Below the pieces are notes generated by a model that made no database searches, was not told the DNA's origin, and saw only the letters and a list, made by a program, of their open reading frames with translations. Position numbers and translations under genes: made by a program. From the IMG/VR virus record IMGVR_UViG_3300012075_000001, positions 1 through 15,803 of that record: 15,803 nucleotides of DNA. The stretch is one strand, 5' to 3'. Source of the stretch: a virus (lineage: Duplodnaviria > Heunggongvirae > Uroviricota > Caudoviricetes). Shown piece by piece: positions 7,072 through 12,587 of this stretch (position 1 is the stretch's first letter; each line of letters starts with the position of its first letter).

Positions 7072-7695
7072 ATGATTTTAGTAATTTCAGGAAAAACGTG
7101 CGCTGGCAAATCAACTCTAGCCAATCACTTGATTCAAAATTGTGGTTTTGGCCGTATTGTAACCTGCACAACGCGACAACCGCGTGAAGGCGAAAAGAAC
7201 GGTGTTCACTACCACTTTCTAACGCAAGAGCAGTTCAAGAATGCCATCGATAAGGATGAGTTCATTGAGTTTAATATGCATGGCGGTGCAATGTACGGAG
7301 TGCGTAAAAAAGAAATCATTCAAGCAATGGATGCGCCGTTTGATTCGCTTGTGGTAATTGAGCCTGTAGGTCGTCGTAAGCTCACGAAATACCTTAAAGG
7401 CAATGAAATGCGCTATCTGTCTATTTACTTGGACATAAGCCCAAGCATACAGGCAGAGCGCTTTATGAACCGCATTCAAGCGGCTAAAGCCAGCGAACTT
7501 ACTGATCTCACAGATCGTATGACATCAATGCTTGAAGTTGAACAAGGCTGGTTAAGAGAGTCTACAACGGACGGCTCTTGTGACATGGTGTTTTCATCAT
7601 TTAACAATGTATCTGACTTAAAACATGTTTCAGATACAGTTATGACGCATGTTAAAAAGGCGCTTGAAAATATGGGAAAAGCTAAGGCAGTTTAA
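7072..7695 (+). CDS. Guanylate-kinase-like nucleoside monophosphate kinase
   Basis: P-loop GKTCAGKST; guanylate-kinase signature TTRQPREGEKNGVHYHF...EF...I....FIE...H...YG. Start moved to ATG 7072 (AAGGA RBS) from the track's 7042. Confidence 0.88.
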   Translation: MILVISGKTCAGKSTLANHLIQNCGFGRIVTCTTRQPREGEKNGVHYHFLTQEQFKNAIDKDEFIEFNMHGGAMYGVRKKEIIQAMDAPFDSLVVIEPVGRRKLTKYLKGNEMRYLSIYLDISPSIQAERFMNRIQAAKASELTDLTDRMTSMLEVEQGWLRESTTDGSCDMVFSSFNNVSDLKHVSDTVMTHVKKALENMGKAKAV

Positions 7696-7745
7696 TTAGC
7701 CTAAGTAAAAAGTTCCAAGTTTATCAGCACTCTCTATCTATACTT

Positions 7746-7773
7746 AACTCCATGTAGGCACATGGAGTTTTTT
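7746..7773 (+). promoter_or_regulatory. Terminator-like hairpin that sequesters the RBS of ORF 7775
   Basis: Perfect 10-bp stem AACTCCATGT (7746-7755) / ACATGGAGTT (7760-7769), loop AGGC, then a T-run to 7773. GGAG (7764-7767) sits in the 3' arm, 7 nt before ATG 7775. Confidence 0.65.
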
Positions 7774-7774
7774 C

Positions 7775-8389
7775 ATGCTTTTAAAAGATGTACCAGGCGT
7801 TTTGCCAAGACTAGAAAATTCATTAATTTCAAAAACAGATATGTGGACTTCAGATGTAGATAGCGTCATTCCAGCACAATTTTTGGCATTCAGAACACTC
7901 ATAAAATCTGATTTTCCTGAAGTGGATATTGATCGAGATATTAATTATCTTGTGCGTCAGGTACAGTTTGCAGAGCTTGAAAACGTTTTAACGTCACCTT
8001 TGAGAAATTATATTGAACCTTGCGACGCTCACATGCTTATGAGTGAATTAAAAGAAGGTTTGCAAAAACTTGATCAGACTTATCAGCACGCTTTCTTATT
8101 TGGTATGGAAATCGGTTATTCGGCATTTCAAATCGAAAACATGTCATACCAACAAGCTATTAGAGGATGCCCTAAGTCAGCGCTGGCAACGAGTATTATT
8201 AATTCATTGGTGCCGAGTTCACGGACAATAAATGCCTTCTGGAAAGTAGAAGATGGCCAACATGTCCGATTAGATGATCTTGAGTCTGAAATTTACCGCG
8301 CTTTTGGTAAAACATGGCGTGAGTTGTTATCCGGGTACTCGCGATTAATTGCGGACGAAATTGACGTTGATTTTGTAATGTATCTATAG
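7775..8389 (+). CDS. Hypothetical protein, possibly a degenerate tyrosine-recombinase-like fold
   Basis: 204-aa ORF with GGAG RBS. The segment YQHAFLFGMEIGYSAFQIENMSY mimics the box I pattern of tyrosine recombinases but lacks the catalytic Arg. The fold call is weak. Confidence 0.7.
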   Translation: MLLKDVPGVLPRLENSLISKTDMWTSDVDSVIPAQFLAFRTLIKSDFPEVDIDRDINYLVRQVQFAELENVLTSPLRNYIEPCDAHMLMSELKEGLQKLDQTYQHAFLFGMEIGYSAFQIENMSYQQAIRGCPKSALATSIINSLVPSSRTINAFWKVEDGQHVRLDDLESEIYRAFGKTWRELLSGYSRLIADEIDVDFVMYL

Positions 8390-8446
8390 CAATCGGCTAA
8401 AAAGTGCTAGAAATAGATCTGAGATAATGAGCTTACGGTAACCCAA

Positions 8447-8809
8447 ATGCTGCAAATCAGATTGGACGTTCTAGCTGCGGCCCGTCAGTTGGTAACGGCT
8501 TACGGGCTAGTATTTAAGGCTGAGTATTCACTTATTCAAAATCATGTAGATGGCGGCATCTTAGTTGAAATAAGCGCTAAGACTCCACTTACTACCTCGC
8601 CGATTGTTCATATTAGATATGAGCGAGAAGGCACCAATATTACTGTCAAATTGCCTATGGCTTATCATGACATAACTGGCTCATATTCTGACGATTACAA
8701 ATTCTTTTCAGAATGGGTTAATCGCCTATTTAATGAAGATGAATTTGTTAGAGCAAATAAAGAGTTCTGGATTAAAAAAGGTCGAATTGATGGCAATAAG
8801 TTGTTTTAG
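8447..8809 (+). CDS. Hypothetical protein (120 aa)
   Basis: Co-directional ORF, last before the bidirectional terminator. A possible extended -10 (TGaGATAAT, 8420-8428) lies upstream. No clear RBS. Confidence 0.6.
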   Translation: MLQIRLDVLAAARQLVTAYGLVFKAEYSLIQNHVDGGILVEISAKTPLTTSPIVHIRYEREGTNITVKLPMAYHDITGSYSDDYKFFSEWVNRLFNEDEFVRANKEFWIKKGRIDGNKLF

Positions 8810-8881
8810 TATTAACTTAATCACATAAATGCTTTAAAATATTAAACTTAAATTAATAATTCATTCTGCGTTTGAAAGTTT

Positions 8882-8918
8882 AAAAGGCCCTGCATTGTTC
8901 AGGGCCTTTATTTTTTTT
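8882..8918. terminator. Bidirectional intrinsic terminator between convergent units
   Basis: 10-bp stem AAAGGCCCTG (8883-8892) / CAGGGCCTTT (8900-8909), 7-nt loop, T8 at 8911-8918 on the + strand and an A-run on the left. Confidence 0.85.
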
Positions 8919-9330
8919 AGACTTTATAACCCATTTTTTTGAGGGTTTTTTCTGTGCTTTCCATTAACGCTTTAGTCACGATTTGAGTCATGTCGACTTT
9001 CTTAGGACTGCTTAGCTGTTCGATCGCAACAATAAACTTGAGTCTTAAAAACAATTCAGCGGGTAAGTTTGCTGAAAATTTTTGAGTAGCAATCATCAAC
9101 TCCTCTTCTGACATTGTTGTTCTTTGGCGCCACGGTGCAACGTCATTTAAAAAGTTAGTCGCTTCAGCTGCTTTTTGCTGAACTTCAACCACTTCCTCTT
9201 CCACTTCAACGGCTTTTGGTGCTTGAGTTTGAGGCTGAGCTGCTACAGGTGCAGAGTTCAAAATTGCTTCTTTAGCGTCGTTATTGCGAGGTGTACGCGT
9301 AGGCAATGGTGCGTTCTTATCGTTTGCCAT
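8917..9330 (-). CDS. Type Ib partition centromere-binding protein (ParG/omega-like, C-terminal ribbon-helix-helix)
   Basis: Overlaps the parA stop. Disordered Ala/Pro/Glu-rich N-terminus; C-terminal QKFSANLPAELFLRLK...MTQIVTKAL fits a strand-helix-helix pattern. Start moved to ATG 9330 (GAGGAG upstream). Confidence 0.75.
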   Translation of the reverse strand: MANDKNAPLPTRTPRNNDAKEAILNSAPVAAQPQTQAPKAVEVEEEVVEVQQKAAEATNFLNDVAPWRQRTTMSEEELMIATQKFSANLPAELFLRLKFIVAIEQLSSPKKVDMTQIVTKALMESTEKTLKKMGYKV

Positions 9331-9994
9331 TTTCAATAATCTCCTCAAGTAACTGTTCAAATTCTTTGATTGCAATGCGGTTGTTTACGTCTACTTCCAT
9401 TTCGGTAATGCCGATGTTGTTTCGATAAGCACGGCTATATGGCATGCGTAAACGCATAATGGTTTGTAAACGTGGGGCTTCATTCTCGATAGCTTCAAGG
9501 GCCTTTAATGTGTCGCGTAGATCAACCGAGTTGTCTGCCGCAGGCGCTTGAGTAATTACTGGATGTACTACGATTGGCTTTTCGTTAGAAGGCAAACGCA
9601 CTTCTTCGTTAATTAAATCAACCAGATCCAACAGCGTATAAAGACCTTTGAGATCTTGAGCTCCAACTTTTAAAGGGGCAACAATTACATCAGCCGCCAA
9701 TAAAGCCGAACGCATTTCAGCCGAGTCATATCCGGGAGTGTCAATTACAACGTACTCGTATTCCTCGTTTAGACGACGAGCTTCTTCTTCAATATTTCCA
9801 GTTAAATGAAAGAATTTACCGTTTTCTACTTCGTTTTCGGCTTCTCTTGCTTGGCTCCATTCGAAAGAGCCTTTGTTAGCATCTAGGTCAATACCGATAA
9901 CAGTGTTACCTTTTTGGTGCAGCGCGGCCACGGTAGATGTGGCTAGAGTTGTTTTGCTCACGCCGCCTTTTGTATTGGCGTACACGATAATCAT
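9317..9994 (-). CDS. parA: Type Ib ParA (ParF-like) partition ATPase
   Basis: Deviant Walker A KGGVSKTT at the extreme N-terminus (no N-terminal HTH), IDLDAN, Walker B VVIDTPG, AADVIVAP. Start moved to ATG 9994 (AAGGAA RBS), giving 225 aa. Confidence 0.92.
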   Translation of the reverse strand: MIIVYANTKGGVSKTTLATSTVAALHQKGNTVIGIDLDANKGSFEWSQAREAENEVENGKFFHLTGNIEEEARRLNEEYEYVVIDTPGYDSAEMRSALLAADVIVAPLKVGAQDLKGLYTLLDLVDLINEEVRLPSNEKPIVVHPVITQAPAADNSVDLRDTLKALEAIENEAPRLQTIMRLRMPYSRAYRNNIGITEMEVDVNNRIAIKEFEQLLEEIIENGKR

Positions 9995-10017
9995 CAAAAT
10001 TTCCTTAGTTAAGTTGG

Positions 10018-10088
10018 CATAAACGCCTATAAAACAGAAACATTCTAGTAAACAGAACAGGCGTTGTAAACTAGACGCACTAGAAAAC
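10018..10088. repeat. Four imperfect ~18-bp direct repeats; candidate centromere/par operator
   Basis: cataaacgcctataaaac / agaaacattctagtaaac / agaacaggcgttgtaaac / tagacgcactagaaaac. The terminal AAAC ends at 10035, 10053, 10071 and 10088 (spacing 18, 18, 17), between the par promoter and the parA RBS. Confidence 0.5.
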
Positions 10089-10098
10089 AAGACCATTT

Positions 10099-10128
10099 GT
10101 TATAAAGTTCATGTACTGTATTTGTAAA
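10099..10128 (-). promoter_or_regulatory. Sigma70-type promoter of the par operon
   Basis: On the - strand: -35 TTTACA (10128-10123) or TTACAA (10127-10122), 18- or 17-bp spacer, -10 TATAAC (10104-10099). Confidence 0.6.
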
Positions 10129-10141
10129 ACACCATTAGATC

Positions 10142-10195
10142 ATATTACCGTATTACCATACGCCCATACACACACATGATATTACGGTAATACGG
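10142..10195. repeat. Two palindromic TATTAC-N-GTA(A/T)TA boxes forming both a direct and an inverted repeat
   Basis: ATATTACCGTATTACC (10142-10157) and ATATTACGGTAATACG (10179-10194) match at 13/16. CCGTATTACC (10148-10157) and GGTAATACGG (10186-10195) are a perfect 10-bp inverted repeat. Confidence 0.6.
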
Positions 10196-10783
10196 CTAGT
10201 CGTTAAGTTTCTCGGCAATACTGCGAAGTAACTCAGGGTCGGATGCAAAGTACTTTTGAGTTGTAAGGATTGAGCTGTGGCCCATAAGTTGTTGAATAGA
10301 GTAGATATCCCCGCCCTTTCGTATTAAACGCGTTGCAAATGAACGTCTTCCTGAATGGCTGGTTGCGTGAATGCCTGCTTTTTTATAGCAGTTATTTATC
10401 ATCGTACACATGGTGTTTGGAGAGAATGGACCACCCTTCTGAGATAAAAATAATGGCGCATTGGGGTCTTTGGGTCGTTCCTTTTTTATGTATTCTTCGA
10501 TTAAATCTCTTGCAATTGGATTGACTAAAAAGACTTCCCGATACTTATTGCCTTTCGTAATTTTGCCAAGTAATCGGACAATATCTTTTAGTTTATCCTT
10601 TCTAATGTCATACACATCACCAACGGTCAACATTGATAATTCTTTGGCTCGCAAACCTAGAAAATGAGAAAAATACAAAACACATTTGTTTCTTAATGCA
10701 TTGACGCCCTTTTGAGTGGCCAATGTTACTTCTAAATCATCTTCCGAGATATACGGGGCCTTTCCGGTTGTTGTTCTTGCCAT
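10196..10783 (-). CDS. Short tyrosine recombinase/resolvase (catalytic domain only, FimB-like size)
   Basis: Full catalytic set: GLRAKE (R), KGNK (K), HSGRRS (HxxR), MGHS (H), TQKY (Y). About 195 aa from ATG 10783; the track's TTG 10819 has no RBS and overlaps the repeat site. Confidence 0.92.
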   Translation of the reverse strand: MARTTTGKAPYISEDDLEVTLATQKGVNALRNKCVLYFSHFLGLRAKELSMLTVGDVYDIRKDKLKDIVRLLGKITKGNKYREVFLVNPIARDLIEEYIKKERPKDPNAPLFLSQKGGPFSPNTMCTMINNCYKKAGIHATSHSGRRSFATRLIRKGGDIYSIQQLMGHSSILTTQKYFASDPELLRSIAEKLND

Positions 10784-10800
10784 AAGTAGACCAAATAATT

Positions 10801-10900
10801 TTTTATTACATTTTTCCAAAATGGAAAAGGATAAGAAAATAGTCTACCACAGGCTGAAAAATAAAAAATGTAATAAAAGATACATTTTATTATATTTTTT
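10801..10900. repeat. Candidate recombinase binding/crossover site: 16-6-16 inverted repeat plus a third arm copy
   Basis: AAAAAATGTAATAAAA (10863-10878) - GATACA - TTTTATTATATTTTTT (10885-10900), one mismatch between arms. TTTTATTACATTTTT (10801-10815) is an exact reverse complement of 10864-10878. Confidence 0.65.
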
Positions 10901-10917
10901 CTGGACGAAGCAATCAA
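10889..10917 (-). promoter_or_regulatory. Sigma70 promoter of the recombinase
   Basis: On the - strand: TTGATT (10917-10912), 17 bp, TATAAT (10894-10889). The -10 lies inside one arm of the inverted repeat. Confidence 0.7.
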
Positions 10918-11079
10918 AGTGCGTCATCATCTGACGTAGACAGATCTTTATATTCAAAGGGGTATTTTCGACTATGGATTTAATTGGTAAGCTATGCTTA
11001 ACTTGATTGTGTAACGTTTTCAAGTTTCGAAAAGTAAGAGGAAGTGAATATGGATATAGATTGCCAAATGATTGAAAAC

Positions 11080-11111
11080 AAAAAAATAATGCCCGACTAT
11101 AAGCGGGCATT
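11080..11111 (-). terminator. Intrinsic terminator of the repressor gene
   Basis: 8-bp stem AATGCCCG (11088-11095) / CGGGCATT (11104-11111), followed on the - strand by A and T7 (11086-11080); 34 bp after the repressor stop. Confidence 0.8.
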
Positions 11112-11145
11112 TAATGAGAGAGCAAATATTGGGCTAGGCGCTGTT

Positions 11146-11613
11146 TTACAGGTCGTTTTTGCCCAAGTATGCATTTTCTTTTTGGGACTCCATTTCATCA
11201 CGATGCTTGATCGTTTCTGCTTCCATTTCCTTAGCAAGCTCAACAAACTTATCATGCGTATCACCGTACAGATTAGGGTCTTCCTTAGTCGTACTGCGAA
11301 GCACTTTAATGATGTTAACCTCGTTTGGTGTTAAAGGGGTTTGGTTAGTGATACTTTCAATCACATCGATTAAATCAGGCATGTATTCAGTTAGAACGCG
11401 CACAAGAAAGCGAGTAGGGTTTTCGCCTAGAGCCAAAGCAGTCGGCTTGATCTTATCAATAGGCAAGCGAGTTTCGCCGCTCTTGATCATTGATAGTACG
11501 TTAGGACGTTTGAAGCCAATTTCCTCAGCAATCTCACGCTGGCTCTTTGGAGAATTATCGATCAGGTCGGTGAGAAATTCTGCCACAGTCATATTGTTGC
11601 GATTTTTGGCCAT
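11146..11613 (-). CDS. XRE/Cro-CI-family HTH transcriptional repressor
   Basis: N-terminal HTH SQREIAEEIGFKRPNVLSMIKSGETRLP...ALALG. No peptidase S24 domain visible. Start moved to ATG 11613 (GGAG 6 nt upstream). Confidence 0.88.
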   Translation of the reverse strand: MAKNRNNMTVAEFLTDLIDNSPKSQREIAEEIGFKRPNVLSMIKSGETRLPIDKIKPTALALGENPTRFLVRVLTEYMPDLIDVIESITNQTPLTPNEVNIIKVLRSTTKEDPNLYGDTHDKFVELAKEMEAETIKHRDEMESQKENAYLGKNDL

Positions 11614-11695
11614 TTGCCTCTCCAAATACAGAGTTAAATTTTTCCTATGATGAGTTGCAATTCAGTTTGTAATAATCCAGAACATGAGATTCTAT

Positions 11696-11717
11696 ATTTA
11701 CTCAGAACTGACTGATT
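11696..11717. promoter_or_regulatory. Operator palindrome copy 2 (repressor leader)
   Basis: ATTTACTCAG-AA-CTGACTGATT, just downstream of a minus-strand TATAAT at 11738-11733. Confidence 0.65.
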
Positions 11718-11766
11718 TTGAATTACAGCACTATTATAGGTGGTGGGGGACTAATTTTATAGAAAA

Positions 11767-11788
11767 AATCAGTCACTCGTGAATTATA
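11767..11788. promoter_or_regulatory. Operator palindrome copy 3 (repressor promoter region)
   Basis: AATCAGTCAC-TC-GTGAATTATA, overlapping a second minus-strand TATAAT at 11788-11783. Confidence 0.6.
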
Positions 11789-11924
11789 TACGCCCAAGTT
11801 TACAAACTAGAGGCCGCGAATGCAAAGCGTATTCGATTGATTGGGCTAATTTTTTCCAGATTTTTTGTTATTTTTTTTATTCAAAAATAGGAAAAAACTA
11901 ATTTTTGGCAGTGCTAGAAACTCC

Positions 11925-12012
11925 AAAATTAACATTTTAAAATTAACTGTTTATATAATCTGCATAAATTTTAACAGGTTATATAAACTTAACTTAACTT
12001 ACAAAACTTAAC
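11925..12012. repeat. AT-rich repeat cluster (TTAAC family)
   Basis: TTAACTGTTTATATAA (11943-11958) and TTAACAGGTTATATAA (11971-11986) match at 14/16, 28 bp apart. AAAATTAAC occurs twice (11925, 11939); AACTT occurs three times in tandem (11986-12000). A plus-strand TATAAT lies at 11954-11959. Confidence 0.5.
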
Positions 12013-12051
12013 GAACGAAATGTTTTGTAATTATCAAATGAGGAGAAATGA

Positions 12052-12105
12052 ATGAATACATACAACAACTGGCTTATAAATGTTCAAACAGTCACTTCTG
12101 ACTGA
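12052..12105 (+). CDS. Possible 17-aa leader peptide
   Basis: Strong GAGGAG (12040-12045) 6 nt before ATG 12052. Translation MNTYNNWLINVQTVTSD*; the stop lies inside operator copy 4. Confidence 0.3.
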   Translation: MNTYNNWLINVQTVTSD

Positions 12106-12107
12106 TT
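12086..12107. promoter_or_regulatory. Operator palindrome copy 4
   Basis: AAACAGTCAC-TT-CTGACTGATT, upstream of a plus-strand TATAAT (12137-12142) that precedes ORF 12216. Confidence 0.7.
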
Positions 12108-12215
12108 TTATTAAAAGCTTTTGATCGAACCGTAACTATAATATACGGGGCTGAAATGATGAGACGTATATTAATAGCCTCTTCAAAATCTTTATAAATC
12201 AGAATGGTGATATAA

Positions 12216-12416
12216 ATGACTGTGACATTGAATGAACAATTCCAAAGTGTAGATTTGGACGAACTTGCTGAACTTTTAGAAAAAACGGAAGGTAGTCAAA
12301 CCTTATTAGATGACGGCTTCTATACCGTGAAACGCTATAACCATCTGAATTTCGGTGCAATTGAGGTAGTTAATACCTGTGCGCCTACAAGTATAGTGCG
12401 CGTGGTAAATCCATAA
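12216..12416 (+). CDS. Small acidic hypothetical protein (66 aa)
   Basis: GGTG RBS upstream. First gene of the rightward unit, divergent from the repressor. Confidence 0.7.
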   Translation: MTVTLNEQFQSVDLDELAELLEKTEGSQTLLDDGFYTVKRYNHLNFGAIEVVNTCAPTSIVRVVNP

Positions 12417-12444
12417 TTTTTATAAGAATATCTTTTCCGCTGTT

Positions 12445-12492
12445 AGCAAGAATGAGGCGGTTATAAAGTCGCCCTCTTGCTTAAGCTTTTTT
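12445..12492 (+). terminator. Possible terminator/attenuator between ORF 12216 and the cobT-like gene
   Basis: Interrupted stem AGCAAGA (12445-12451) / TCTTGCT (12475-12481) with an inner GGCGG/TCGCC pairing, followed after a few bases by T6. Confidence 0.35.
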
Positions 12493-12508
12493 AAGCCTCA
12501 CAAACCTC

Positions 12509-12537
12509 TATACACTCCACTTCTAAAAAGTCATAAT
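12509..12537 (+). promoter_or_regulatory. Possible sigma70 promoter of the cobT-like gene
   Basis: TATACA (12509-12514), 17 bp, CATAAT (12532-12537). Operator copy 5 lies immediately downstream of the predicted start site. Confidence 0.45.
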
Positions 12538-12549
12538 ACGGTCATTAAT

Positions 12550-12571
12550 AATCAGTCAGTACTGATTGAAT
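12550..12571. promoter_or_regulatory. Operator palindrome copy 5
   Basis: AATCAGTCAG-TA-CTGATTGAAT, 16 bp before the cobT-like ATG. Shares an exact 19-mer (12547-12565) with copy 6 (14625-14643). Confidence 0.75.
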
Positions 12572-12587
12572 TTGATAAGGGTCGTAT

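Noticed and set aside
1324-7479. Minus-strand ORFs 1324-1638, 1864-2055, 3086-3304, 3482-3673, 4318-4572, 4512-4820, 6023-6337, 7219-7479 and plus-strand 3340-3525
   Set aside because: All lie within or largely overlap well-supported genes in another frame and show no recognisable motifs; they are shadow ORFs.
8810-8880. AT-rich stretch with TTAACTTAA/TTAAACTTAA, checked as a possible XerC/D dif-like (pdif) site
   Set aside because: No XerD arm (TTATGTTAAAT-like) in the 11-6-11 arrangement; it looks like an ordinary AT-rich spacer.
9995-10096. N-terminal extensions given by the ORF track for ParA (10096), and likewise for the RHH protein (9375), recombinase (10819), repressor (11625), primase (1828), kinase (7042) and ORF 3824
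   Set aside because: Downstream ATGs mostly have better RBS spacing or coupling overlaps and match family domain boundaries. The extensions run through promoters, repeats or neighbouring genes. The recombinase start is the least certain, since neither candidate has a clear RBS.
10333-11110. ORFs 10333-10524 (+), 10461-10667 (+), 10716-10934 (+), 10732-10917 (-), 10844-11110 (-)
   Set aside because: They overlap the recombinase gene or its AT-rich regulatory site and terminator; low-complexity translations with no motifs.
11044-11334. 96-aa plus-strand ORF antisense to the repressor 3' end, with an AGAGGA RBS-like sequence before ATG 11050
   Set aside because: It crosses the repressor terminator and overlaps the repressor by 189 nt; only a weak promoter candidate (TATGCT at 10993) and no protein motif. 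Strand-specific RNA-seq could revive it as an antisense regulator.
11159-11650. 163-aa plus-strand ORF
   Set aside because: Almost entirely antisense to the XRE repressor; a shadow ORF.
8403-11920. Exact 11-bp repeat AGTGCTAGAAA at 8403-8413 and 11910-11920, each 13 bp before a -10-like hexamer (possible phage-specific promoter element)
   Set aside because: Only two copies, and an 11-mer match is expected by chance in a window of this size. It needs a whole-genome scan before it can be claimed.
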